Assembly: GCA_048938105.1 (NCBI GenBank)
Contig: JBHLMN010000002.1
Span: 96,001-160,000 of the forward strand
From: Promethearchaeota archaeon
GTDB lineage: Archaea; Asgardarchaeota; Heimdallarchaeia; Hodarchaeales; Hodarchaeaceae
Reading direction: 5' to 3'
DNA: 64,000 nt
The notes under the pieces: generated by a model
Database searches by the model: none
Seen by the model: only the letters and a program-made list of their open reading frames with translations
Told to the model about the DNA's origin: nothing
Part shown: positions 8,700-20,300 of the stretch, piece by piece
Layout: each line of letters opens with the position of its first letter
Numbering within the stretch: the first letter of the stretch is position 1
Program-made: the position numbers and the translations under genes

Positions 8700-10972
8700 T
8701 TTACAAACACTCTACTCTTGTCAAAAAGAAACAGCACGGACAGTTTTTCACCCATCCTACACTTGCACATCAGATAGTCTATGAAGTATGTGGATTGATT
8801 ATTTCAGAGTGTTTCTGGAAACCATGGCATTCTCTTGAAGACTCTACTAATTATTCAGCTATCGCGGACCTACTTGATAGAGTGCTAACTTTACGCTTTG
8901 TAGATCCAGCAATGGGTGATGGAGTATTTTTAGTTGAAGTGATTCACTTCTTTGAAGAATTCTTAAGCGAATTATGGGAAAAAACTTGTTCTTCCTCCTA
9001 TTTAGATTTTCTTTGTGCTTATTTTCAAAAAAAACTAGCACTAGATTTTAATTTGGTGGGAGAAAAAGATAATCTAACATTAGATGTTTGGAAATTTCAT
9101 ATTATAAGATCGATGATATACGGGGTGGATCTTGATCCAAAGATTGTACATCAAGCTCGTGATAAGATCATAAGAGAACTTTCTACACCTGAAATAACGA
9201 AATTAGCACGGATAGCAGTTCAATTTAACTTAAAAAATGGAAACTCATTAATTTCACCTATTCCTATGAATAACAAAACATTAAATAAGTTATTTTCTCA
9301 ATATTCCTCAGAAATTAGCTTACTTCTTTCTCAACGAAATCAAATGCAAAAGATACATTGGAATGAGACATTTAATAAAAGTGTGGACAGAATATTAAAA
9401 GAAAATGAGAGAAATAAGGCTGAGTTAGCAAATAAACTGTTTAATCAGATAGCTGCAATACCATTTTTTTCTTTTTTAATTGAAGGCGAGAAAAAAGAAT
9501 TGGTTTCATTTTTATGGGAACTAGAATTTCCTGAAGCTTTTTTTTCCGGAGAATATGGATTCAATGCAGTTATCGGTAATCCTCCGTGGGATAAATGGAA
9601 GCTTTATGATCGAGAGTGGTTAGGATCTACTGCGATTGGCAAAACAGATCATGCAGAACAAATCATGGTAATTCGGAAAAAAGATGCTGAATCTCATTCT
9701 AAATACGTTAAACTGAAAGAATATTATAAAAAGACCACAGAATATTTCAATAACTATTTTAAATGGCAACCAGGTGAAAAAAACTCGTTTAAGCTCTTTC
9801 TTGAACGTTTCTATGACCTCTGTGTATCTAACGGATTATTGGGTGTCATTCTTCCTGGTGGGCTTCTGGGAGAATATTATAGTCAACCTTTACGACGTGT
9901 TTTACTTACTAAACTGCAAATCCATTTAATCTTTGAAATAATCTCGAATATCGAGATGTTTCCTGACGCAGAACCTGGACTCAGTATTTTAATCATAATA
10001 GCTCAAAAAAGCACTTCAGGCGAAGTTTTCCCATTTATCAAAGGAATTTCATCAACAGACGCATTATCTAGAATTAGAGTAAAGAACCTATCTGAATTAT
10101 CTGAGAACCTCATTTATTTTACGCCCAAAGATATTCTTAATACTTCTCCTGAATGTATTGTTCCAGCTGTACGAAATAAACACGAATTGAAAATAATTCA
10201 GAAGATGATCGAATTCCCTTCCCTTTCTTCAGAATTATGGGGATGTGAAACGTCACGAGGAGTAGATATGACAAACGATCGTGACTTACTAGTCACTAAT
10301 GTTACTTCTTATCCCCTAATAGAAGGACGTCATTTGGTGCGTTTAGGATTTGATACTACCCATCCTCGCTATTGGATTAGATCATTTAATGAATATCAGA
10401 AGAAGATCTCATTTTGGGATCAGACAATCATTGTTTGGAAAAATTTCTCTGGAAATCATCGACGTAGACGCATGCGAATTGCCATTCTTCCACCAAGATC
10501 CGTTATTTCGAATAGTGTGATTTGTCTTTACAATCTTCCGGACATCACTAATGTTGAATTCTTTTTAGCTGGGATTATGTGTTCTATCCCTTTTGAGTTT
10601 AGAATACGTCAGCTTTGTTATGGGATAAATATCAATCAGTATATTATGGATAGTATGCCTGTTCCTCTTTTCGATCCAGATAAAGAACTTCACCAAAAAA
10701 TGGTGGCTATTGTCAAGCATTTCATTCCACAAGGTAAGGAATGGGCAAGACGAAAAATGGAGGCATCCTCCTCTCTTGCAAAAGCTCGATTAGAAAAAGA
10801 TTACCAAGATTCTATTATTACTATGGATGCTTTAGCTGCCTTGGTTTATGGACTGACTAAAAAAGAATTCATCGTAACTTTGGAAGCTCATCCTCTTTTA
10901 GAACAATGCTACCACAATAAAGCTTTGGAGTGTTTTAATTCATTATCAGCCATTTGTGATAATAAATCATGA
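8696..10972 (+). CDS. Gamma-class amino-DNA methyltransferase (Eco57I-like)
   Basis: GQFFT, FVDPAMGDG, IYGVDLD, FLWELEFPE, IGNPPW. Confidence 0.88.
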   Translation: MLYKHSTLVKKKQHGQFFTHPTLAHQIVYEVCGLIISECFWKPWHSLEDSTNYSAIADLLDRVLTLRFVDPAMGDGVFLVEVIHFFEEFLSELWEKTCSSSYLDFLCAYFQKKLALDFNLVGEKDNLTLDVWKFHIIRSMIYGVDLDPKIVHQARDKIIRELSTPEITKLARIAVQFNLKNGNSLISPIPMNNKTLNKLFSQYSSEISLLLSQRNQMQKIHWNETFNKSVDRILKENERNKAELANKLFNQIAAIPFFSFLIEGEKKELVSFLWELEFPEAFFSGEYGFNAVIGNPPWDKWKLYDREWLGSTAIGKTDHAEQIMVIRKKDAESHSKYVKLKEYYKKTTEYFNNYFKWQPGEKNSFKLFLERFYDLCVSNGLLGVILPGGLLGEYYSQPLRRVLLTKLQIHLIFEIISNIEMFPDAEPGLSILIIIAQKSTSGEVFPFIKGISSTDALSRIRVKNLSELSENLIYFTPKDILNTSPECIVPAVRNKHELKIIQKMIEFPSLSSELWGCETSRGVDMTNDRDLLVTNVTSYPLIEGRHLVRLGFDTTHPRYWIRSFNEYQKKISFWDQTIIVWKNFSGNHRRRRMRIAILPPRSVISNSVICLYNLPDITNVEFFLAGIMCSIPFEFRIRQLCYGININQYIMDSMPVPLFDPDKELHQKMVAIVKHFIPQGKEWARRKMEASSSLAKARLEKDYQDSIITMDALAALVYGLTKKEFIVTLEAHPLLEQCYHNKALECFNSLSAICDNKS

Positions 10973-11032
10973 TTTAATATGTTAAATCCTTGTTTTGTAA
11001 ATATTCTAACAGATAACTGTAAGAAGTTGTAT

Positions 11033-11329
11033 TCACTTTTCCTTACATCTACGAATGAGAATTACTGTTGTGCCTAAGAAAAGTAAAACTGTGAAAAAAT
11101 CTGGAAATGAACCTGATTCTGAAGCCGTTGTTGTGGTGGTGGTAGTTGATTCACTTTGAATAGAAGTGGTAGTAGAAGTAGTACTTGTAGGAATATTTGA
11201 TTTTTGAATCGTAAAAGTATCATCTGAAAAATCCTCTGTATAAACAGAAGGATTTTCTGAACATGTGGCAACAACATTAATAAGACAGTTAGATCCAGCG
11301 GGAATAGCTGTTATGTCCTAATTATAATT
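11033..11329 (-). pseudogene. 3' relic of a surface protein gene (beta-rich domain end, Thr-rich linker, CTERM-type anchor)
   Basis: Translation NYN*DITAIPAGSNCLINVVATCSEN...DDTFTIQ...TTTTTTTASESGSFPDFFTVLLFLGTTVILIRRCKEK*; in-frame TAG at 11318-11320; no recognisable 5' part. Confidence 0.7.
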
Positions 11330-11513
11330 GATGATTCCTCCTGATCACCGACAAATTTGTATTAGATGTTAAGTAATATCGAAATTTATAATTCTGGTTA
11401 ATATATCATTGATATACTTCAAACAGTAATCAAATCCTCACTAATTTAGTTCAGTTCAATCACAATTAAGTTGTACATTAGTTTGATCTGGTATCACTGA
11501 TAGATGACAAAAA

Positions 11514-13559
11514 ATGAAAACAAATATAGCTTTTAATAACATAGAAATAAAAAAGCGGAAAGAAGAGGGTGTATTTTATACACCAGAATTTATAACAGAT
11601 TTTATGTGTAAAAATTCGATCATTCCTTACCTATCAAAGAAAGGCGCAGAGAATATTAATGAACTGATCTCCGAGTATTATGAAGATATTGAAAAACTCG
11701 AAAGTAAATTAAGAAATATCAAAATATTGGATCCTGCATGCGGATGTGGAGCTTTTCTAATCAAAGCTTTTGATGTGTTATTGGAAATTACTAAAGAAAT
11801 AAGATTAGTCAAAGATTTCAGAGGAATGCGTAAGAAAGATCAGAAAGCAGGAGATATGGATATATGGATAAATGAGGAAGAAGGGAAGCAGATAATCGAA
11901 AACAATCTCTATGGAGTAGATATTAATGAATCTTTAGTAAAAATTACAAAATTAGGCCTTCTTTCCAGGATTACAAAAAAAGATAGAAAATTAATGGATT
12001 TATCACAAAACATTATATGTGGTGATAGTTTATTAGAGGATGCCTCTTTAAAAAGTGATAAAGCTTTCAAATGGTCTTATTTTGAAGAAATATTAAATAA
12101 GGGAGGATTTGACATTATTATAGGAAATCCTCCGTATATTAACATTATTGAAGATTTAGAAAGTAGAAAATATTACAAAGAAAGATTTCCTGAAATATAT
12201 ACAGGTAAGAACGATATTTATTATTATTTTATCAGAAAAGCAATCGAATTAACTAAGAAGAATGGATATATTTCTTTGATTTCTCCAAGATATTTAATGG
12301 AGGCGTTTAATGCAAGGAAGTTGAGAGAGTATATCTTAAAAGAGACTGCTATTCAGAAAATTATTGATTTCTTAGATTTTAAGATATTTGCAGAAGCTAA
12401 TGTTGATACTGCGATTTATATCTTAAAGAGAACAAACACAAAAAAAGAGATTATGGTTCATAAATTAGTTAAACAAATGACACCTCCTCTAAAATTAGAA
12501 CCACCTTTTTTCAAGAATTTTTGTGTTGAACAAAATCAATTAACTGGAAAAAAATGGTATTTTATTGACCCTGAAATTCAATCTATCTTAGATAAAATTG
12601 ATACTAAGTCCACTGGAAGATTAAAAGACTATTCTATTCTAAGCAAAGGTGTTCAGACTGGTAAGGATTCTGTATTTGTATTAACAAAGGATGAAATAGA
12701 AAAATATTCAATTGAGAAAAATATACTTAGAAATTGGGTTAAGAATAGTCAAATCAGACGATTTGGTTACATTGATCCTCAATTATATATCATAATATCA
12801 AATAGAAAAACAATCAAAAAGCTTTCAAGCCATCCAAATTTGGAGAAGTACCTCTTAAAATATAAAGAAGAGTTAATGAACCGAACTAGGGTAAATAAGT
12901 GGTTTCATTGGAGAAAAGGGGATGAAAGATTTACAATTGACTGGAATAAGCCAAAAATTGTGACACCATATAAATCAGCAAATAACAAGTTTACAATTGA
13001 TGATAAAGGATGTTATTTTTCTCAAGACATTGTTCTAATTCTACCAACAGATGGTATTGATATCCGTTATTTACTATCGTATCTAAATTCAAGAATATGT
13101 GAATTCTATTTTAAGATAAAAGGTAAAAGATTGGGAGCTGTCTATGAATATTATCCAAGACAAATTGAAGATTTACCATTTATTAAGATCAAAACTAAAG
13201 AACAAAAAGCCTTTGTAAAGATTGTTGAAAGATTACTTGAATTAAATAAACTATTATCTGAAAATTATTTTAAAATTAAGAATAGGATAATGTCTGCTTT
13301 TAATATTGAAAATCTTAATAAAAATTTTTTAAAATTTAATGAAAAGAACATGATAAAATTCTTTAATGAGAAACTAGAAGAATCTAAGCTTTCGTCAATA
13401 CAAAAAAATGAGATTAAAGAATATATTTTGAATAGATTTAATGAAATTAACTCATTAGAAGAAGAAATTAGCCAAGTAGAGGAAGAACTTAATCATCTGA
13501 TTTATGAATTATATGATCTAAATCAAGAGGAAATTAGATTAATTGAGAAAACTTTCTAG
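11514..13559 (+). CDS. Gamma-class N6-adenine DNA methyltransferase with TaqI-like C-terminal specificity domain
   Basis: RKEEGVFYTP, ILDPACGCG, GGFDIIIGNPPY, YLLSYLNS; starts at the MTase core, no nuclease domain. Confidence 0.9.
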   Translation: MKTNIAFNNIEIKKRKEEGVFYTPEFITDFMCKNSIIPYLSKKGAENINELISEYYEDIEKLESKLRNIKILDPACGCGAFLIKAFDVLLEITKEIRLVKDFRGMRKKDQKAGDMDIWINEEEGKQIIENNLYGVDINESLVKITKLGLLSRITKKDRKLMDLSQNIICGDSLLEDASLKSDKAFKWSYFEEILNKGGFDIIIGNPPYINIIEDLESRKYYKERFPEIYTGKNDIYYYFIRKAIELTKKNGYISLISPRYLMEAFNARKLREYILKETAIQKIIDFLDFKIFAEANVDTAIYILKRTNTKKEIMVHKLVKQMTPPLKLEPPFFKNFCVEQNQLTGKKWYFIDPEIQSILDKIDTKSTGRLKDYSILSKGVQTGKDSVFVLTKDEIEKYSIEKNILRNWVKNSQIRRFGYIDPQLYIIISNRKTIKKLSSHPNLEKYLLKYKEELMNRTRVNKWFHWRKGDERFTIDWNKPKIVTPYKSANNKFTIDDKGCYFSQDIVLILPTDGIDIRYLLSYLNSRICEFYFKIKGKRLGAVYEYYPRQIEDLPFIKIKTKEQKAFVKIVERLLELNKLLSENYFKIKNRIMSAFNIENLNKNFLKFNEKNMIKFFNEKLEESKLSSIQKNEIKEYILNRFNEINSLEEEISQVEEELNHLIYELYDLNQEEIRLIEKTF

Positions 13560-13568
13560 ATTTTTCAG

Positions 13569-13967
13569 TTATTTCAAGGATTTTCTTGATTCTTCTGAGC
13601 TATTTTCACGAGATTCACTGATCTTTTTTTTAATTTTCTCTATTCCTTGAAACAACCACTTTTGAGGTTTACTGGGTTCTTCCTCTTGAACAATAATGTC
13701 TCCTTGCTCAATTAATGTTATGAATACTGTTGTAATGTTTTCTGAAACCCAGTTGTCGAGTTCTTTTCGTGAGACGGAAGGAAACGCAGAATTTGACTGT
13801 AATGCTTGCTCAAACACCATCTGATGGATTTTACGGTGATGGTGCTCCTTCAAATCGAACCAGAGGTTACGAATTAATTTCCGCTCTTTTGTTCTTAATG
13901 CTTCAATTTCTAGAAGGATTTCCCAAACTTTAGAAGATACAACAACAGGTTCATTTGATCTGTTCAT
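13569..13967 (-). CDS. Hypothetical protein
   Basis: 132-aa ORF with upstream GGTAGG. Confidence 0.6.
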   Translation of the reverse strand: MNRSNEPVVVSSKVWEILLEIEALRTKERKLIRNLWFDLKEHHHRKIHQMVFEQALQSNSAFPSVSRKELDNWVSENITTVFITLIEQGDIIVQEEEPSKPQKWLFQGIEKIKKKISESRENSSEESRKSLK

Positions 13968-14089
13968 AGTCCTACCACAGATTTTATTAAAAGAGTATCA
14001 AAAGATCTTTTTATTTTAGTGTATTTGATTGAGAGTTCTGATTTAGGAATGTATTATTATTCTATCCTGAAAAGAAAGGAGCTAAAGGT

Positions 14090-14356
14090 TCAATACATAT
14101 AATCCTTTTTACTCCTACGTAAAATAAATCTCTGAATTATTACAAGCCAAACAAAGCACACGATTCCCATTCCGATGAAAAGGAGAGAAATAAGGGTTTT
14201 GATCCATGCTGCATCTTCAAAACCTTGCGGAGAAGAGGGTAGTTGATCAGGGATAAAGAAAGGGAGAATAAGACCTGTAGCAATCATAACTAAAGCAATC
14301 GCCCCAGCAATAATTTCTGTCCTAAATCTTTCTAGTTGACGCGTAAAGAAGGACAT
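14090..14356 (-). CDS. Small 2-TM membrane protein
   Basis: Two hydrophobic helices and a basic C-tail. Confidence 0.6.
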   Translation of the reverse strand: MSFFTRQLERFRTEIIAGAIALVMIATGLILPFFIPDQLPSSPQGFEDAAWIKTLISLLFIGMGIVCFVWLVIIQRFILRRSKKDYMY

Positions 14357-14536
14357 TTCTTAAAATACCCCAAATTATTAGTATTTTCTTCCTCTTTGGT
14401 AATAGATGAAGCTTTAATAAAAGTTGTGAATTAATGAGAAATACTATAGTTTTATCATTCCTGAGCTTGAAGAATAAGTTAAGAAATCCCGTGTTATCCT
14501 TTTAGATAAATATTTTCCATAACCAGATAGGATATA

Positions 14537-16990
14537 TCACTTCATCATTTTTTTTAGGTATGCTATTTCAAGTAAAAGACTCAAATAGATTTCTTGCAGG
14601 AACACTTCATATTCATCCAGAGATTTTAGACCTAATGTATCTAAAACCAAAAGATCTAATCTTTTACGGGGTTTGAATTTTTTTCCAACAAATTTCTCAA
14701 ATTCTGGGAATTGAACCTTCAATAAATCATAATCCTGAATTCTTATTTCTGAAATTGGAATATTCATTGCCAATTGTTGCCATAAAGGAGGAAAAATTTC
14801 GTCCTTTATTTCATCAAATAACTGATAATAAGGGAATTTGTTTTCAGCGGTCCAAGTAAGAATATTAGGCAATTTCAATTCTTCAATGACATATTCATGT
14901 AGCTGCATCCAAGTGCCTCGTGTTTCGACCCTATTTAGGAAAATTTGGAGTATATTGATTATACTATTAAAATAAAGACAAAGAATTTTTGCTTCCTCTA
15001 TTGAAAGATCTAGGATACTCCACATGACTCCAGGGGGAGCTCTTTTTTCTCTACTGAAGAAAGAAAACAGAAAAGTCCCTGAAGCACTGAGGTCAAATCG
15101 ACGTGCAATCATAAGATTAGTAATTCGTTCTTCAACATAGAGTTTCCATTTTTTAAGCTTAGTAGAGGTTAATTTCTCGTTGATCATTCTTCCTTCAACA
15201 AGAAAATCTTTGAGTTGTGGGAATGAAGATATAATAACAAATTCTTTCTTGTTACTAGTATCGAGTCTGTTTTCTCCTGTCATTCGACGTAAATGGGGAA
15301 TAAGGCAATCTTTTGGGATTTTGATTCTAAGGTTTGAGTTTCGATCGATAGCATATATATGTGTGTCAGTTTCACCGTTAAAGATCCAATTGTCCATTGA
15401 ACGCAAATAATTAGGATTAAATTCATTTATAACCATAGTTTGGATTTTAAAACCTTTTGAAGTTTCGATTCCTCGCTTGAAACAAGCTTTTCTTGCTTTT
15501 AGAAACATATTAAATGAAATCATTGTTTTTTGGTCGGAAATTTGATTCCATGTTTTGAGAAGATCAGATTGATGTGTTGCAGCAATAGGTAGAAATAGGT
15601 TATTAGGAGAAAGCTCTTCTCTGGGAACAATCCTAATTTTCCAAGAATCTGAAATTCCTCCGTTCCATTCTTTCCCCAAAAAATCAGTACTTTCTTGATC
15701 TTTGACTATAATATAGATGATCCTCGTTGTACGCTGGTTTTTCGTGGCAATTAACAATACTTCGCGAAAAGCTGTATTTTCTGAAAAATTCGGTTTATCT
15801 TGCTGACAGATGATATATTGAATATCGTACTGTTCCATTAGCCATTTTCTTATTTTATATGTGGTATTGATTCTTAGAAAACTCGCAGGAATGATTGCAG
15901 CTATTTTTCCTCCAGATCTGAGAAACTTATCAGCTAGTAGAAGAAAATAACAATAATAACTTGTTCTCTTGTCAATTAGAAATGAATATTTATAAAAAAC
16001 TTGTCTTAATTCATTTTTATATGATTTCCTGATTTTATTCAAATTTTCATGTCTAACAAAAGGAGGATTCATGATCACGAGGTCAACAAAGTCTAGGTGT
16101 AATTGTTTTGTAAATTTTATAGAGAAAATATTCTCTTTTTTTCCTGAAATCCGTCGAATCTTTGATTTGGGATCGACAAAAGCAGAATCACAGATGGCCA
16201 ATCTATTCTGACGAATTCCCCATATAGGAGCTTGAAGGGCGAGATGAGTGGCCGAAAGATGGACTGCAAAAGGCATTATATCAAGTCCAGTGATATCTGA
16301 AGACAAAAAGCGCTTATGATCCTCGATAGTGAATTTTCCTTTCTTTAATATTAATAATTCTTTTTTACGCTTATAGGAAGAGACCAATAAGGCCCCACTA
16401 CCACATGCAGGGTCAAGAATTGTTACAGAGGGATTATCAATTGCATAATAACTTAAAATATAAGCAGTCTTCATTCCAGAATAATAGGCTCCAATTTTTT
16501 TCCTAAGAGAAGGGGGAATTAAACTATTAAAAATCAGTACTAAGATTTCATATTGAAGTAATTCTGGTTTTAATCCCATAATAATTTTAATTATATCTTT
16601 CAAAAATTTGAAAGAGTAAGCATCCAGATTTTTTAATAAATTCTGTTTAAAAATCGGATCAGAAGTGACTTCCAAAGCTTTCTCAAAATAGTTCGCTAAT
16701 ACTTCTGAATTCTTAAGAGAATTCGTATTAATTTTAGGGAGATCTGCTCGTTTTTCACTCAGAACGAGATAGAAAGTAATTTGAGCGATCAATAAATACG
16801 CAGCACTTGTTTTTAAGGCATTATTTCTCTCCTTCTCACTCTCAATTGGGGTTCCAAGTTCACTACTAAACAAACTATAACTTATAAGCTGCGAGGGGAG
16901 TTTTAAGGATAAACTATTGATTATATTTCTGAAGATTTGAGGCAAATCATCCGGATTACTCTTCAAAGTACCCTTAAGTGAAATCAACAT
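14537..16990 (-). CDS. Gamma-class amino-DNA methyltransferase
   Basis: RKKIGAYYS, ILDPACGSG, GLDIMPFA, VIMNPPF, AIIPASFL. Confidence 0.88.
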   Translation of the reverse strand: MLISLKGTLKSNPDDLPQIFRNIINSLSLKLPSQLISYSLFSSELGTPIESEKERNNALKTSAAYLLIAQITFYLVLSEKRADLPKINTNSLKNSEVLANYFEKALEVTSDPIFKQNLLKNLDAYSFKFLKDIIKIIMGLKPELLQYEILVLIFNSLIPPSLRKKIGAYYSGMKTAYILSYYAIDNPSVTILDPACGSGALLVSSYKRKKELLILKKGKFTIEDHKRFLSSDITGLDIMPFAVHLSATHLALQAPIWGIRQNRLAICDSAFVDPKSKIRRISGKKENIFSIKFTKQLHLDFVDLVIMNPPFVRHENLNKIRKSYKNELRQVFYKYSFLIDKRTSYYCYFLLLADKFLRSGGKIAAIIPASFLRINTTYKIRKWLMEQYDIQYIICQQDKPNFSENTAFREVLLIATKNQRTTRIIYIIVKDQESTDFLGKEWNGGISDSWKIRIVPREELSPNNLFLPIAATHQSDLLKTWNQISDQKTMISFNMFLKARKACFKRGIETSKGFKIQTMVINEFNPNYLRSMDNWIFNGETDTHIYAIDRNSNLRIKIPKDCLIPHLRRMTGENRLDTSNKKEFVIISSFPQLKDFLVEGRMINEKLTSTKLKKWKLYVEERITNLMIARRFDLSASGTFLFSFFSREKRAPPGVMWSILDLSIEEAKILCLYFNSIINILQIFLNRVETRGTWMQLHEYVIEELKLPNILTWTAENKFPYYQLFDEIKDEIFPPLWQQLAMNIPISEIRIQDYDLLKVQFPEFEKFVGKKFKPRKRLDLLVLDTLGLKSLDEYEVFLQEIYLSLLLEIAYLKKMMK

Positions 16991-17390
16991 ATTATATCCT
17001 TTATCTTCATTCTTTTTTCCAATTATTATGTGATTTCCGACAATAATCCTTTATCTTTGTTTTTTGGAGTTTCTTCAGCTCTTTAGAGGAAATGAAAAGG
17101 TGTTAAAACTGAAGTTTATAAAGGCACTTTATAAAGATATATCTTCCTTATAAAAGGTTAGAGGTATCATGTAGCTTTTTAAATCGAAATGTGTCACTTT
17201 ATAACACTTGATTCAGTAGAGGGGCTTTCTCCAAATAAGTTAATCTTGTATTTCATTAACATCAAGAGGATAATATCACCAAAATATCGTGAATTGAATA
17301 AAAGAACCTGTTTAATTCTCCGAAAATTGATCTTTAAAGAATTCAGCATTACTGTTTCAATTTATTTATTTAATTACTAGAGTAGATCAT

Positions 17391-20300
17391 ATGTCAAATC
17401 AAGGTCGAACGAAGACTTTTTATCAAGGCTACCGATCTTGGTTTCAACCATTTCGTTATAATGAACGAGAGAAGATACCTATTTTTGTATTGGATTATGA
17501 AACTCATAGTCAATGGGAAGATACACATGATTACACATCTCAATACGAAGATAGAGAGTATAGTAAAACGAAATTGATTAATGGGATCCAAATCTACTTT
17601 TTAGATGAAGACTATAAAAAGAGGAAAGCATTTTTAAGACATGAACCCTACTATTACCTATTACTTGAGGATGGATTATCACAGAAAGAAATCAATAAAG
17701 TAATGGCTCAGATTAGACAAGTTGAAGACAAACAAGTAATTAACGTAGAGAAAGGCGATTATTACGATGCAGCTGATCTTACATTTTTAAAAAGAAAGAC
17801 ATTTCTAAAAGTAACTGCAGATCGACCCAGGTCCGTGCCGAATCTACGTGTAAAAAGTGAAGAAATAACTGGAGTACAGGAATGGCGAGAAGCGGATGTA
17901 TTGTTTCATCATCGATGTGCAATAGATCATGATGTTCGAGTTGGAGCTTGGTACCTAGCTGAAATAAACCGAGGAGAAATCATTAATCTTTCTCCATTGC
18001 ATAATAAAACACCTCCTCAACTAAAAATTCTAGCATTTGACATTGAAACAGATTTTGAACAAACACGTGATCCTAATCCTAATAAAGACGAAATTTCAAT
18101 GATTTCACTTTTTACAGGTACTGAAAACAAATTACTTATTAACGCTGGAGTTGTCGAGACAAAGGATGTCAAAAATTTTGATATACTTCTTCGTCAAAAG
18201 GATGATGCTACCTATCCTAAACCATGGGTCGATTGGAAATACTCCAAAACACCAAAGGAAGTTATAGATGTAATTGAGAAATTTCCAATAGAAGTAATCA
18301 TAGTAAAGACTGAAAAAGAACTACTACAATTATTCTATCAATTTATCGATGATTATAGACCAGATGTTATCACAGATTTTTTTGGGGGCCGTTTTGATAT
18401 TCCTTTTCTTGCCATTCGTTCAGAAAAGCATAAAATTTCTTTTGAAAAAGAAACTGGATTTGAAATTAAATTTAGGCTCACAAGAAATCTGAGTCGAAAA
18501 GATTTACACCAGTATTATTCCTCAGCAAACATTGATCATGTTGCAGGAGCAGGCATCATTCATTTGGATGCTTATCTATTTAATGAGAAATATAGTTATC
18601 TCCCCAAAAAAGATCTTGGTTTAAAACCAAGTGTGGAGAAAAAACTGAAAATAATTCCTATCGGGAGAGAAGCTCTGTTAAACATTAAATCAGATCCAGT
18701 TTCAGCTGTTGCTTATTCTGGTAGCGATGGTTACATAACGTGGAAATATGTTCGAGAAATAGTCCTTGATTTTTTCATTTCAATGGGACAAATATTTCCA
18801 GTTCCAGCATCAGAATTATTAACACGGCGAGCAGGATCATTAGATGACCTTTTAATTGATGCAGAAGATTATAAACATCAGATAATAGGGAGAAGGAGAG
18901 TTGGGCAGAATGATATTGTTTCTTTTTCTCCAGGTATTGTCATTGAATCGTTAGCATACACAGGGGGTTTAGTTGAAGCTAAAAGACCAGGAATATGGCG
19001 AAGTGATCTCAATTATAGTTTTAAAGTTAATAAAATCTCGCTAAGAAATCTTAAGGAAGTTATTAGACGAGTAATTGAAAAAGAAAGCAATATTCTAGCT
19101 AAGAAAGTGATTAAAGAAGAATTTGAAAAACATCTTTTAGCTGAATTGGGGGAAGTTAAAGTGGAATACGCTGAAGATCCAGTACAGTTCTTAAAAGAGG
19201 TGGAGGTAGAACTCTTAAGAAATGGAATCCCACATCAGGAACTTAAACGACAACTAGATTCTATCAGGAATATCTTGGAGGAAATATCTTCATATCAACC
19301 CATAAATGTTGAAGAGGTTACTACGGATATTCTAGCACAAATAGAAAAATTATCTTCTTTAGATGGGATAACCCAGCTTAAGGGAGTCCACGTTGACGTT
19401 ACTTCCATGTATCCTTCCCAAATTCGCCAATATAAGTTACAACCTTCAGGAATTGTATCTCTTACTAAGTGTAGAATGTGTGAATTATATGAACCTGATG
19501 ATAGATGTTTCGTTGAAGGTGATTGGGTAATTAAACTTTCAGCGAATCGCCCATGTCGTTTTAAAGATAAAGGAGCAAAGAAATGTGCATCTTCAGTTTG
19601 TAACGCACAGAATGAAGCGAAATGTAAGAAGTATGATCCAATTCAAAATGGTATCACTCGTTCCCGTGAAATATTTACTTTTGATGGAAAAAAGACAGAA
19701 GCTTATATTCTTATAAATGGCTCGAAACTTGAAAAAGTTCCAGTAAGTCGTACGTATCTCGGAGCGAGTATCTTAAAAGATCCATTTGTTACCCTTCAAC
19801 AGTGGCTTCGTAACTCAGTAGAAGCAACCCAGCTCACAACCAAGCTAGCTGAGAATCATTTTGATATTTTTGAGGATACACAAGAAAATATTCAGCTCCC
19901 GAGTAATTCATTTCTGAGTCTAGATGTCAGAACTAAGAAAATGACTATATTATTATCTGTTCATTCACGTGTCTGTCAAAAGGCTTATAATTTTGTTGCT
20001 AGGATTATGGATGATTTCTTTAACACCCGAGTTCGGCATAAAATCGAAGCTAAACGGCTATCACAAATTATTTCTCAAAAATATAAAAATCAGTTCGTCC
20101 CCCCAAAATTATTGCGTCAACAAAAATTCCACGAAAGTACCCAGATTGGTATGAAAGTTCCTTTAAACAGTATCTATGGGCTTCTTGGCATGAAAGGAGG
20201 TGTTAGGAATGCGAGTATGCCATGCGCTGGGATTACAACGAAATTATCAGCTGATCTGATATTTTGGGCTGCGAATCAATTAGATCAAATAGGCTTAGTA

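Noticed and set aside
11074-11277. 67-aa minus-strand ORF from the track
   Set aside because: Wrong frame; the protein-like signal is in the neighbouring frame (surface-protein relic)
11318-11320. TAG read-through (pyrrolysine or recoding)
   Set aside because: TAG ends many intact genes here and the upstream frame does not continue as a gene
6056-16990. BREX, DISARM or Type I RM call
   Set aside because: No PglZ, BrxC, helicase, HsdR or HsdS genes in the window
16991-17390. Replication origin next to polB; also ORF 17189-17380
   Set aside because: No repeated ORB-like boxes and no cdc6/orc1; looks like an ordinary divergent promoter region
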